This document shows, in pieces, positions 1-12,368 of a stretch of 64,000 nt of DNA. A model generated the notes under the pieces. The model did no database searches. It saw nothing but the letters and a program-made list of their open reading frames with translations, and was not told the DNA's origin. The number at the start of each line of letters is the position of its first letter. Within the stretch, counting starts at the first letter, position 1. A program made the position numbers and the translations under genes. Source of the DNA: Eledone cirrhosa (lineage: Eukaryota); assembly GCA_964016885.1 (NCBI GenBank), contig OZ024746.1, positions 69,998,001 through 70,062,000 on the forward strand, written 5' to 3'.

Positions 1-1117
1 ACCAAGTTTCACTCACAAGGCTTGGATCGACCAGCAGCTATTGTAAATTGTAATTCAGCTGAACTACCTACTCATTGAATAAGTTTGTTAGTACCTTTAA
101 CAGAATTCTCAGGCAGAACAAGTGTGACAAAGTGTGTGATAAAACTGGTTCTTTGAATTACAGGTACAACCCATCCAATGGGTTTCCCCGCAGTTTTTCA
201 TCTCCCCCTTTTTACTCATAAGGCTTGGGTCAATTCGAGGTTATGGTAAAAGACACTTGCAAAACACGCCACTTAATGTTATCACAGCTGGAATCTCGTG
301 AACTTCTTAACCATTCGGCCATGATACAACAAAAGTCAATCAATCTAAAAAAAAAATAATTAGTAACTATGCTTCCCTCAAATCAAACCTTTCTCTTTTT
401 AAAAGTGAATGAGATGCTGATTAATCTAGTTCTGGCGTGAAAACGACTTGATTGTAGCGGTTGGCTTGTCTGTTGGATGAACGATCAGAGACTAAACAAC
501 TACAAGAGAAACAGCTTTAAAAAGCCCTAAAAAAACTTCAGTTAGATTAACTCCCGCCACTTCTGTATTGTACTTTTCTCTATGAAGCACATCTATATAA
601 CAATTACACCATGAAAGGACCAATAATTAAAAATATACACGAACAAAATCCTGTAAAATTAATTCCACATTTATCATTTAATTCTTGACCTGTTTGCCGT
701 GGAATTGTTTCAGTAACCAGGTTGCACACAGTGTGACGAAAATATTGACATCAATAAACAAATGATAAATATAAAATGACTCTTTCACGTTGTAATTACT
801 TCAGTTTCAACAAACGGTCTCAAATCTAGGGGCTTGTCAGACAACTACCACCCCGAAACACATTAAATCTGATAGGAAATACTAGTTCATCAGCTACACG
901 AGCTAAAAGATATATACAAAATTCCAGTTTGAGAAAAAAATCAGATATCTTTTCCAGGCTGTAAAACCTAACATTAATACGTTTAAGAGCTCCGTAGGGA
1001 AAGCGGGTTAGTAATGGAGCATGTACGGGGCAATACTTTGGGAAACATAGCAAGGGTGTTGACGGCTGGTTGCGTATAATTCCACTGGACGAAAAAATAT
1101 ACCATTTGGTAGGACTT

Positions 1118-1215
1118 GACCTTGACATTTGATGTAACCTGATCTTGACATTTGATGTAACTTGACCATGACATTTGATGTAACTTGCCCTTGACATTTG
1201 ATGTAACTTGACCTT
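1118..1215. repeat. 23-bp minisatellite, about 4 copies (GACCTTGACATTTGATGTAACTT-like)
   Basis: Units start at about 1118, 1141, 1164, 1187, 1210. Confidence 0.85.
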
Positions 1216-1896
1216 TAAGTATGAGTCTCAGCTACCAAGGCAACGAAGGCAGAGAAACCATGATTAGGGGATTCTTTACCTGTTCTCACTCCCAAATTTT
1301 ATAATCTGTAGCAAACAACCGGAAACACCATTACACACTAGAAATAGCTACAAAAAAGGAAATGAAAACACAAACTGTTGAATGAAGTTAATGACAAAGC
1401 CTCCTTTTGGAAATAGAACATATGACCTTATGATCGTAAGCTCAACACCATTAGGCCAGGAGCCTTCACTATAATAGCGAAACTATTATAAAACAAAAAC
1501 CAAACAACACAAGATTACAATATATCATGTTAAGACGTTGCTGAAGAAATTCACCACAAATACCTGACCAAATTGGGTAAAGAAGAAAATCTCTTATTTG
1601 AACAACCTACTACAATATTATCGTTTGGATGTTCAGTTCTAATTAGACTCACACTGTTAACTCACTCATTTCACTTTTAAATGAAGCCTCGTTCTATGTG
1701 AAACAACGGCTGAGATATCACGCATCTATGTTCTGTTAATAAATTAGCTGCCATTTTGAAACGGCTTTTTGGTTTTCCATCTCATGGCATCCTCACATTT
1801 GGCTTTGCTAAATTGAAAATGAGATACTTTCTTTCCCACTGATGTGATTTGATTACATTTGTAACGCATTGAAAGAAAGAATGTGTATAAACTCAC

Positions 1897-2046
1897 CATT
1901 AAAGTCTGTTTCTCTGACTATAGAACAATAGAGAGAGTTACTATTTTTAGGACAAGGGGTCGGAGTAGGTGGTGACTGTTCACATTCACTGTAATATTCA
2001 TCTCTTCTTGAGTCACAGCGAGAACATTGTATCATTGCTTGCACAG
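1897..2046 (-). CDS. Internal coding exon of a cysteine-rich protein, N-terminal part of a Ly6/uPAR (three-finger, quiver-like) domain
   Basis: Acceptor ttttatttcttttcAG, donor G|GTGAGT, 150 bp, phase 1-1, open frame (x)VQAMIQCSRCDSRRDEYYSECEQSPPTPTPCPKNSNSLYCSIVRETDFN(G). CxxC directly after a signal-cleavage-like VQA, then C...C...C spacing typical of LU domains. Partner exons not identified. Confidence 0.65.
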
Positions 2047-2938
2047 CTGAAAAGAAATAAAACATAAAGATATGAATGATAAATATGCATGCACCTTTTC
2101 AGAACCTCCTCCTTATTATCAACAAATGTATATATTGATTTGTAAAGCAAAATTTCTATAGCTTTCAGCGTGTAAACTCAACAGTAACAATATCTTCGAA
2201 TTCCATCAGTTATCAACAACAGGCCAGTTATATAAATTATTTAAGTAGGCATTCAAGAAGCTAACAAGGCAGCAATTCTTCTAAAATAGGTTCCATAAAA
2301 GCTAGAAATGAATACCAAGGCAGGTTGTCGAAACCAAAGACAAGCAGCCCTTTCAAGAATAGGCTTAATGAATATTATAAGAATATTTAATTTGAAATGC
2401 CCTTCTAATATGCTGAAAGGTTATATTGCAAACAAGTTGCCATTTACAGACTTTTACTTTCAGCTGTAAAAACAACAATAACAAACAAGCTGCAAATCAA
2501 AGTAAAAGCTAAAATGGTGAGAAGGAATAATATGAACGATAAACAACCAAAAAAACTAGAATAAAATTGTATGTATCTATGTGTTCATTTGTGTGCGATG
2601 CTTGATATGCTACAATCACACATATTTATTTTAGCAGAATCACAGGACGGGATTTATTATGCATGAAAGTTGTAAATGATGGGTATAAGTTATGTTATGT
2701 GCAAATCAATAGTTATGAATAATATTAAGATACGCTCTATGCTTTTGTGTTTATGCAATACATGCTTATAGTGCGTATTTATATAATCTTTTCTTTTTTC
2801 ATATTTCTAACGAAGGAAATATAGATTTTTTGGAGTATATATGTATTTTAATTTTCAGAAAATGTTTAGCTATTATGAATAAAGGTTACTGCTATTAGGT
2901 GTTAGTAGCTGTCAATTCCAAACACTATTAATTTTTAT

Positions 2939-3200
2939 AGGCGAAGGCGCATGTCTTAGTGGTTAGAATGTTTAGTTTATGAGCGTAATGTCAGGAGTTC
3001 GATTCCCAATGAGTGAGACTCTATATTTCCCATTGTTCCTTTCCAGGTAGCTGGAATAAAATGATTTATACCTGTAATTTAAAGGGTCAGCCTTGTTACA
3101 TACGGTGTTACAGTGAATATTTATGTGAATTACATTAAGGATACACTAATCTATGGGATCTCTTGTACGTTAATTTCATGACGGAGGTCCAAACTACATG
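2939..3200 (+). mobile_element. Degenerate tRNA-derived SINE
   Basis: A-box-like ttagtggttag and B-box-like gagttcgattccc; body similar to 25790-26050. Confidence 0.5.
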
Positions 3201-3349
3201 AACTTTCGTAGCCACCGATTGTAGGGAAGTGAGGATAATCGGGTCGATATGGTATGATTGGTTCATATTTCACCTTCTGGGTTCGATAAAATAATGCATC
3301 AATCAAGCAACAGGGTCGATTTACTTTTTCATCATCCTTCAAAGTAAAT

Positions 3350-4382
3350 TATATCTGGGGTCATTTAATCCACACCAGTAAAGCAAAGTCAACCGACCTT
3401 GCTTGGTTTCGAACTCATAACGTAAAGGGACAAATGTAAAGAAACACACATACACACACAGAAAACATTTACTTAATCTGTTGTTTAACCGCCTCTCCCG
3501 AGCCTTCCTCCACCCTAATGACGCCCATAATAATTTTCGACTTCAGTTGTTACTGGTATTTTATTTTATGCACCTCGTGGGGATGAAAGGGTCGCAACTA
3601 TATGTCACAAAGTATGTTGTCCGACACTCTACCGATTCTGGCAATCAACCTCTTTATGGCACCCATAATAACGATTTCTTTATTTGATAATGGTTTCTGA
3701 TTTAGGCACAAGGCCAGCAATTTTGGGGAGAAATTCGATTACATTTGACAGGTACATTATTTTATCCACCTCGAAAGATGAAAGGCAAAGTTGATCTTGG
3801 CGTGATTTGAACTCAGTATGGAAAGAGAAAGAACAAATGACGCAAAACATTTTCTCCGATGCTCTATGACGCCCATAATAATGATTTTTACTATAGGCAC
3901 AAGGCCAGCAATTTTGAGGGAGGGCAAAGTCGATTAAATTGACTCCAGTGCATTACTGGTACTTTATTTTATCGACCCCCGCAAGGATGAAAGGCAAAGC
4001 AAACCTCGGCGAAATTTGAACTCAGAACGCAAAGAGCCGTAACTCTATGATGTAAAGCATGGTGTCTGACGCTCTACCAACTCTGCCATTCCACCGCCAT
4101 CATAACTGCCATAATAATCCTTTCTACTATAGGAACAAGGCCAGCAATTTTGGGGGAAGGGAAAGTCGATTAAATAGACCCCCCCAGTGCATTACTGGTA
4201 CTTTATTTCATCGACCCCGCAAGGATGAAAGGCAAAGCTAACGTCGACAAGGATTTGAACTCAGAACGTAAGGAACCCTAACTTTATGCAGCAAAGCATG
4301 GTGTCTGACGGTCTACCGATACTGCCAATCCACCGCCCTTATGACGGCCCTAATAATAGTTTCTAATTTAGGTAGTAGGCCA
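3350..4382 (-). mobile_element. Tandem cluster of about 5 tRNA-derived SINE copies (Meta/MESC-like core GCCTTTCATCCTT..GGGGTCGATAAA)
   Basis: Repeated plus-strand block ggcacaaggccagcaat..tactggtactttatt..atcgacccc..ggatgaaaggcaaag..tttgaactcagaacg. Best copies 3886-4098 and 4121-4337. B-box GAGTTCAAAT on the minus strand. Confidence 0.8.
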
Positions 4383-4663
4383 CAAATGCTAAATATGGAA
4401 ATATGGAATGTCTCTTATAAGATTATCTACCTATAAGTAAGTCAACTGATAACATTATATATATAAACATTATTATACGTTTATAGAGGCAGATAAAACA
4501 ATCAGATTATTGCCACTAACATTAGGCAATGTACTGCAGTCTCAGCCTTAATCAGCGCTTTTACTTTCTCTACTTATTATTATTAATATTATTATTTATA
4601 TTGTTACTATTTTATTTCTTTCTTTATTAAATACATAAACACGTACATGAATGCACTCACACG

Positions 4664-5365
<702 letters not shown>

Positions 5366-6567
5366 AACCAGTAAGACCCCGACAGCTGAGCTCAAGCCGT
5401 TTCGACGGCTAATTCTGGACTAAATGAACATTTATCCTGGTATTTAAATAGCCGATCTTCTCAAGGGGTAATTCCATATATGGTCAAAGTGATTGTCAAA
5501 AATCAGTAGTAATTCTGTGGTTGCAAATTAGTAGGGGAGATGGTGGCTAAACCTGCCAGTAGGAGAAAGAGGGGAGGGGGTGGAGTAGACCCAATCAAGC
5601 GTTGGTAGTGCCAGCTACAGCTGGGCATGAGGTCAAAGAAGATACAGGGGAGGGGGAGGGGGAGGAAGTCGGAACGGTAGGTAGAACAATGGGGGGTAAA
5701 AATAGGAAAGAAAAAATACTGAGAGTGAAGAAAAGCAAAAAAGTGTAAAGAAAAAATTAAATTCTACGACCTAGGTGTCAGGCTATTGTTAGGCGAGAAT
5801 AAAATAAAGAAAGAAAGAAAGAAGTAAATAAATAAATAAATAAATAAATAAGGAAATAAGTAAAAGAACTAGGTGGGACGAATTAAGCAAGGACCCTTTT
5901 AAGAGGTATAAGTACGTAAATGATACGGTGACTGGTCAACAAAAGGGGCCAAAATACTAAAGAGACTACCACGAAATAAACAATAAAGGTTTCCATCCCG
6001 GGCCAGCAACGACCCAGTGCAGCAAAGTGAACTTGTACGACATAATAATTCTGAGTCCCGGGAAAAATATATACTAATGCTAACTCTAAAAGATCTAAAA
6101 CAAGCTACATGAAAGTTCGTACGAAATAAAGGTAGAATACGGAGAAATAAGTTCAGAATCCACCCCGCCCAGAAGAAAAGCGAAGCAAGAAATACTGAAA
6201 CGAAAAAATAAGGCATAAGTGCCACTAAGAAATAAAGAGGGCACAGAGAATAGTGGGAGCGGTCGGAAAAGGGGGGCAAGTATCCGGGGTCTAAGCCAAC
6301 TGCTATAAAGGGCGGAGTCCGCCAAATCTATCAAAGACTAGGGGAGGGGGGAGTGGGGGTACTAAGGCTACATGGGGCCAAAGGGCAGCCTCGGGTGGGC
6401 GAGAAAAGACGCCGACAAAGGAGAAGAGCTGGGGTAGAAGGACAAAGGAGAGAGGGGGGAAGGAAATAAAGGATGCGATAAAAGAATACAAAGAAGATCT
6501 TACGTCTTCCTTGGCAAGCAGGGGTTACCCATTGCAAAATCGGCAACTGGGGTGTTAAAGCCCTAGT

Positions 6568-6837
6568 CTACCCCCCCGGGTCATTATGGGGTTTGAGGGC
6601 GAGGTAAGTCCTACGCAATCTATGTTTACATGCAGTAACCAGTTCATCTTTCTTGTTTAGGAGTTGGTCCGTCGAAAACAGCATTTGTAAAGTTTCCTCC
6701 GAGCATAAATTGCACGGACGGCGTCCTCCCGTGTAAGAATTGGCTCTGGACAGTAATCTCCAAGTGAGATCATAGGTGATGTTGTTGTCCTTGAGGTCCC
6801 ATATGTCCTTGAGGTCCCATATGTCCTTGAGGTCCCA
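6568..6837 (-). pseudogene. C-terminal fragment of a PLE GIY-YIG endonuclease (not in the ORF track)
   Basis: Manual translation IWDLKDNNITYDLTWRLLSRANSYTGGRRPCNLCSEETLQMLFSTDQLLNKKDELVTACKHRLRRTYLALKPHNDPGG*. The IWxLK..W..CxLCxxE..LLNKxxEL..CxH pattern matches Naiad-type PLEs as I recall them. Confidence 0.8.
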
Positions 6838-7108
6838 TTTTGCTTTTCTTCACTCTCAGTATTTTTTCTTTCCTATTTTTACCCCCCATTGTTCTACCTA
6901 CCGTTCCGACTTCCTCCCCCTCCCCCTCCCCTGTATCTTCTTTGACCTCATGCCCAGCTGTAGCTGGCACTACCAACGCTTGATTGGGTCTACTCCACCC
7001 CCTCCCCTCTTTCTCCTACTGGCAGGTTTAGCCACCATCTCCCCTACTAATTTGCAACCACAGAATTACTACTGATTTTTGACAATCACTTTGACCATAT
7101 ATGGAATT

Positions 7109-7202
7109 ACCCCTTGAGAAGATCGGCTATTTAAATACCAGGATAAATGTTCATTTAGTCCAGAATTAGCCGTCGAAACGGCTTGAGCTCAGCTGTCGGG
7201 GT
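7109..7202 (+). ncRNA. Type I hammerhead ribozyme, U3-A8 core variant (mirror copy on minus strand 5376-5469)
   Basis: Stem I ACCCC/GGGGT; core TTGAGAA; stem II GA(T)CGGCTA/TAGCCGTC; GAAA; stem III ACGGCT/AGCTGT; GTC cleavage triplet at 7195-7197. Confidence 0.75.
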
Positions 7203-7293
7203 CTTACTGGTTCCTATTACCCACTCTACTACCTCAAGTATTGAGTACTTTGGTGCGTTATGGTCCACCTGGTTCCTTACCACATTTCCTTCG

Positions 7294-7376
<83 letters not shown>

Positions 7377-7436
7377 TGCATATATATATGTATAAATATG
7401 CATATTTATATACATATATATATATATGTACGTAGA

Positions 7437-7489
<53 letters not shown>

Positions 7490-7553
7490 TATATGCATAT
7501 ATATATACATACACATATACAGATGGCTGGAACAGGTAAAAGAATAAAAGAGA

Positions 7554-7589
<36 letters not shown>

Positions 7590-7601
7590 ACACACACACT
7601 T

Positions 7602-7670
<69 letters not shown>

Positions 7671-8166
7671 CACGTACATACACATATATATGTATACGCA
7701 TTCTTAGGTAAATATAATATTATCTTAGGCTCCATTTCTGTATATACATGCCGAAAGACGTCCTATGAAGGAAAAAAAAAAAGGTAGAGAAAAAAAAACA
7801 AAAACAGCAAAGACACTCAATAGTAGAATATAGACAACACGAAAAAACACAGGAAAAAAAAACAAACAGCAAAAACACTCAATAGTAGAATATACACAAC
7901 ACGAACAAACACAGGAAAAAAAACAAAACCAGGAATGTCTAACAACGTAACGAAATTCTGTACAGAAATATAACCAGTTCTTATAGAAAATTGTTAGTAC
8001 AAGTTGAGGAAAGAAAGAGCATTTTAATGAAAATATTTCGTTAAGTTTCGTTAATATGTAAAAATGTGTATGTTGTTTTTTTTCTTTCCTTTTTAAATAT
8101 ATGGCAATATAAACGAAAAACGAAAACAAGAACCAAAAATACAATAACTCTCTCCATCGAAAAAAT

Positions 8167-8189
8167 ACAAACAACAACAACAACAACAA

Positions 8190-8257
<68 letters not shown>

Positions 8258-8273
8258 ACAACAACAATAACGA
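8167..8273. repeat. (CAA)n/(CAG)n compound microsatellite
   Basis: Direct reading. Confidence 0.9.
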
Positions 8274-8598
8274 CAAACCCAGTACGAAAATACATTCTAT
8301 TTCGGTAATTGTGTCTTAAATCGACGCTTCCAGAGAATAACGTTACGGTCTTAAAAGGACAATAAAACAAAGAATGAATAAACACAACGTAATTGAATAA
8401 ATATATTCAGAGGAGAAAATAAAAATACAACTAAACATGGAGGACAAAAAACAACATAAATATGCATCAATAAACAAGGTAAATTGAAAATAACGAAAGA
8501 AAGAAACAAGCAAATAAATGAATAAATAAATAAATATTCAAACAAATGAATTGTTACGTCTGTTTTTCACTGATGGAAAGCAATGGGAATATGTAAAG

Positions 8599-8653
<55 letters not shown>

Positions 8654-8913
8654 TTTCTTTATTAACCACAAGGGTTTACATAAAGTAGACATTAAGGACA
8701 GTGCAGGACAATGCAGGACGGTACAAATGGGCATTTCTGCGTGTAAAAAAACAAAAACAGAGGATGTAACAAAAATAACAATGAAAATAACAATGAAAAA
8801 TTCCCCAATAGGGGGGAGACTTCGGAGGGACATTTGTGGAGAAAGCCCAGTAAAAAGCCACAATGACCCTGACCACCAAGGCAAGTGCCCTCTCCCAGTT
8901 TTCCACCTTTAGT

Positions 8914-11900
8914 TTACAGATATATACTCAGAGTCGGCCCATTCACTCGGGCCATTCTTGCTTCTCTCACCCATCTTTCAACAAAATGCTGGGAAGAGAG
9001 CACTTCCTTTTCTACTCTGATTTTCCTTTTCAAATGAAATTTGAAAAAGTCAATCAGAGCATCACCGAAGAGGTAAGTGCTCGTCTTCAGCCCTTTCAAA
9101 CGTGTCCACCATACTATCTCTTTCGCCATGGCCACCAGACAGATAAAAACTGCCTGCCCTTCCCGGCTAAAGGAGGAGGGCGGGGCAATCCTCACGATAG
9201 ACTCAGATGATAGCTGGATCCGTCCTAAACGCGACAGCAGGTGTTCGACATAAACCCACAAGTCAGCAATTTTCGGACACTGGACGAGTGCGTGCAGGAC
9301 GGTTTCGTCGCCCTGCGCGCATCTCGGACATGCCCGGCTGACGGCACCTCCATGCCTGTAGAGTTTATCCCGAACTGGCAAGGCTCCTCGGTAGCACTGC
9401 CAGGCCAGAGATTTCTGGAAGTTGTCCATAGGCCCTGGCCCGAAAGTTCTTCCGAAGAGATTGGCTAGTTGATTTTCGTCGACGCCTAGAGTTTCCCCAA
9501 GTACGTCGTCGCTCTTCCCCTCCACTAATCCTCTATAGAACGCCGAGGTGGAGTTTCCACCGATCACATTGCCCGATTGGTCGAGGGCTGTGAGCGCCTG
9601 AAGACATTCCAGTCTCCAGGCGCTCCCTCTCGGTCTTCGCTTGACCCAGGACTGCAGCTCCGTCAAGGAAACGAGCTGGGGAAAAACGCGTCTAGCAAAC
9701 GGCGACCACACCTGATCACCGTCGAGGAAGAGGTGGAGATGTCGTAGCCTGAGCGCGTGCCTGCGCATCATCAGCCACGGCATGCCCAGCCCTCCACGTA
9801 GCGGGTGTTGACAACAGATGGACCGCCTGACCATCGGAGCACGTCCCTTCCACAAAAAGCGAAAGAGCAAACGCTCCAGCGCAGTCAGGCGAGGCTTAGG
9901 ACAAGGTACGACGGTTAGGCGGTAGCAGATGACAGACGCGATGTACGCGTTAGCCACCTCCGCTCGACCTTTCAGGGATAGCTTCCTCTCCGCCCATTTC
10001 TGGGTGAGAGAAGCCACCCTGCTCGTCACCTCGTCCCAGTTTTTGTCCGTCTGGAGGTCCGGACCGAACCAGACCCCTAGCAATTTAACCGGTCCGTCCG
10101 TCCAGCGCCCGACGACGCTGTTGGACGGCATGGACCTGCCTCTCCAGGTGCCGAGCTGCAGGCCCACTGACTTTTCCTGGTTGATCATTGCTCCTGTCAC
10201 CGCTTCGTATTCTCTTAGTGTAGTGCCGATCGCCTCGATGTGTTTGGCGTTCGACACCACTACGGTGACATCGTCCGCATATGCTGACACGGATCTTCCG
10301 CATCCTAGTTCGCGCGGGACTCCCCTCAACGTCTCCAGTTTGTGCAGTAATGGCTCGAGAGTCAATACGTACAAGAGGGACGAGAGGGGACATCCTTGGC
10401 GGACCGAGCGCATGATGTTGAACGGTTCCGACAGGTGACCGTTCACTCTCACCACAGAGCAGATGTCGCTGTGCATGGCAGCGATCCAGCCTCTGAAGAC
10501 GGGCCCAAAGCCAGCCGCCCTCAGGACTGCCGCTAGGTAACGATGGTCGACCCTATCGAAAGCTTTCGACTGATCTAAATTGATCAAGGACCCACCCGTG
10601 CCAGGTTCCCTAGCTACCCTCTCTACGATGTATCGCATGAGGTGGAGGTTGTCGTGGATGGATCTGTCGGGAATGGCGCATGTCTGCGCCTCTCCCACCA
10701 GACCACCAACGACAAGCGCCAACCTCTTTGCTAGCACCTTGGCCAAAATCTTAAACTCTGTGTTTAGCAGAGTTATGGGCCGGAAATTGTCTATGTTATC
10801 CCCCTTGTTCGGATCCTTTCTCAGCAGTGCCACCGCTCCTCGGCTCACAGAACTGGGAATTCTCCCGTTCTGTTGCCAGTTGCAGTAGACGTCCGCCAAG
10901 AGGCCTCCGAACAAGTCTGGCATCTGTACGTAAAGTTCATAGGGCAGACCATCCAAACCAGGCGATTTACCCCTTGTGCAGCCAGTCATTGCCTCCCGTA
11001 CTTCAGCGGCTGTTATCGGCTTTTCGCAACACCTCGCCTCAGTGGCCGAGAGCCGCGGCAGCCCGTCGAGGTAGACACTAAAGTCCATCCCTCTACCCGG
11101 CCCCCCGCTGCCCCCGAACAGCTGAGCGAAGTGTCGCTGAAAAGCTTCACACATTTGCCCGGGATCGAGTAGCATGCGCCCGTCGTGGTCCACCAAAGAC
11201 CGGATCGTGGCTTTGTTGCCACGACGCGCCTCCGCCACTCGGGCCCATTGAACGGCTTTCGTCCCCTCGTGTCTGAGAGCACGCACCCTAGCTCTGACAA
11301 CGCAGCCTTCGTGCTTTGCATTGAAGAATTGGTCAAGGGCCAATTTCGCCGCAAGCACGTCGGTCGCAATGCCTTTGCTAAGCGCCTCGTCTAATTTTCT
11401 AACTAGTTCTCCCTCTGCTCTATTTTTCTCTATTGCTAAAGCCTTACTAAACCTAATCGATTCTATTCTAATCGCTCTTTTCAGAGCAAACCACCACTTG
11501 TTGTTGACGATGGCCCCCGTCAACGCCCGCTTAACTAGTTCGCTAATCCGGTCTCTGTAGGCCTTGCGCGCTGGTAAGGACGCGTTTAGCTTCCAGTAGC
11601 CGGGTCCTCGTCTATGAAGCCTATCTAAGTCAAGCACACAGATCACGAATTTGTGGTCCGTGTAGCTGACTATCTTGAATTGTGGACAGCCTATGCTAGA
11701 CCTATCTATTTCCCTACAAAATACTCTATCTAGATATGATCTGGATGACCCTATGCGGTTTGTCCAAGTCCACATTGGCACATTCGGGAAATCCAATCGG
11801 TACCTGTCAGACAGTTCAAAACGCCTGAGCAGGTTGGTGAGGCTCTTGCACCCTCCACCCCTATCCGCTAATCCCACACAGTCCCAGCGTGCATCTAAGA

Positions 11901-12333
11901 TCCCGTTCCAGTCGCCCACTAACACTAAAGAGCGCGACGTTCCAAGAAAGGTCTCCAGACGCCGGAAGAAATCAGGCCGCCCTGCTCCTGTCGGGGCATA
12001 GACGGCCACTAGCCTGAAAGCTTGCCCGTCTCCGCTGGTCACGTCCAGCACCACCAGCTTACCCTCTGGGTCCAGGAAGATGGCCCGTATGGCGAGATCC
12101 AAACCTCTCCGAAAAAGCACAGCAACTCCTCCACCCGATCCAGGACGGCTGGGAGATGCGTACACATCGTAGCCGCCGAAGATCGGTGCGAAGGCCCGTG
12201 CTTCGGAGATTCTGGTCTCGCTGATGGCCACTACATCTATGTTTAGTGACCTGAGGTCGTTGAGCAGGTGACCCTGCTTCCATGACGACCCCAAGCCACG
12301 CGCATTTATGCTGCCTATTCTGAGTGAGGTCAT
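8914..12333 (-). CDS. ORF2: AP endonuclease, reverse transcriptase and C-terminal CCHC (zf-RVT), 1139 aa
   Basis: APE motifs INARGL, SETR, VYAP, GDWN, YLDR, TDHK; GPGYWKLN linker; RT motifs SPGLDG, FRPITLLN, LDQSKAFDRVDH, RQGCPLS, YADD; CPRC..HALVQC. No stops or frameshifts. Confidence 0.97.
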   Translation of the reverse strand: MTSLRIGSINARGLGSSWKQGHLLNDLRSLNIDVVAISETRISEARAFAPIFGGYDVYASPSRPGSGGGVAVLFRRGLDLAIRAIFLDPEGKLVVLDVTSGDGQAFRLVAVYAPTGAGRPDFFRRLETFLGTSRSLVLVGDWNGILDARWDCVGLADRGGGCKSLTNLLRRFELSDRYRLDFPNVPMWTWTNRIGSSRSYLDRVFCREIDRSSIGCPQFKIVSYTDHKFVICVLDLDRLHRRGPGYWKLNASLPARKAYRDRISELVKRALTGAIVNNKWWFALKRAIRIESIRFSKALAIEKNRAEGELVRKLDEALSKGIATDVLAAKLALDQFFNAKHEGCVVRARVRALRHEGTKAVQWARVAEARRGNKATIRSLVDHDGRMLLDPGQMCEAFQRHFAQLFGGSGGPGRGMDFSVYLDGLPRLSATEARCCEKPITAAEVREAMTGCTRGKSPGLDGLPYELYVQMPDLFGGLLADVYCNWQQNGRIPSSVSRGAVALLRKDPNKGDNIDNFRPITLLNTEFKILAKVLAKRLALVVGGLVGEAQTCAIPDRSIHDNLHLMRYIVERVAREPGTGGSLINLDQSKAFDRVDHRYLAAVLRAAGFGPVFRGWIAAMHSDICSVVRVNGHLSEPFNIMRSVRQGCPLSSLLYVLTLEPLLHKLETLRGVPRELGCGRSVSAYADDVTVVVSNAKHIEAIGTTLREYEAVTGAMINQEKSVGLQLGTWRGRSMPSNSVVGRWTDGPVKLLGVWFGPDLQTDKNWDEVTSRVASLTQKWAERKLSLKGRAEVANAYIASVICYRLTVVPCPKPRLTALERLLFRFLWKGRAPMVRRSICCQHPLRGGLGMPWLMMRRHALRLRHLHLFLDGDQVWSPFARRVFPQLVSLTELQSWVKRRPRGSAWRLECLQALTALDQSGNVIGGNSTSAFYRGLVEGKSDDVLGETLGVDENQLANLFGRTFGPGPMDNFQKSLAWQCYRGALPVRDKLYRHGGAVSRACPRCAQGDETVLHALVQCPKIADLWVYVEHLLSRLGRIQLSSESIVRIAPPSSFSREGQAVFICLVAMAKEIVWWTRLKGLKTSTYLFGDALIDFFKFHLKRKIRVEKEVLSSQHFVERWVREARMARVNGPTLSIYL

Positions 12334-12368
12334 GTTTAAAATAGAGTGGAAAAGATGGGAAAGACCAC

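Noticed and set aside
2939-3010. tRNA gene
   Set aside because: A/B boxes are SINE heads; no cloverleaf.
6480-6566. Possible SECIS or twister-like structure after the GIY-YIG stop
   Set aside because: No complete consensus fold could be built by eye.
6770-6976. Collagen-like MGPQGH repeats
   Set aside because: Alternative frame of the 18-bp IWDLKD triplication at the PLE junction.
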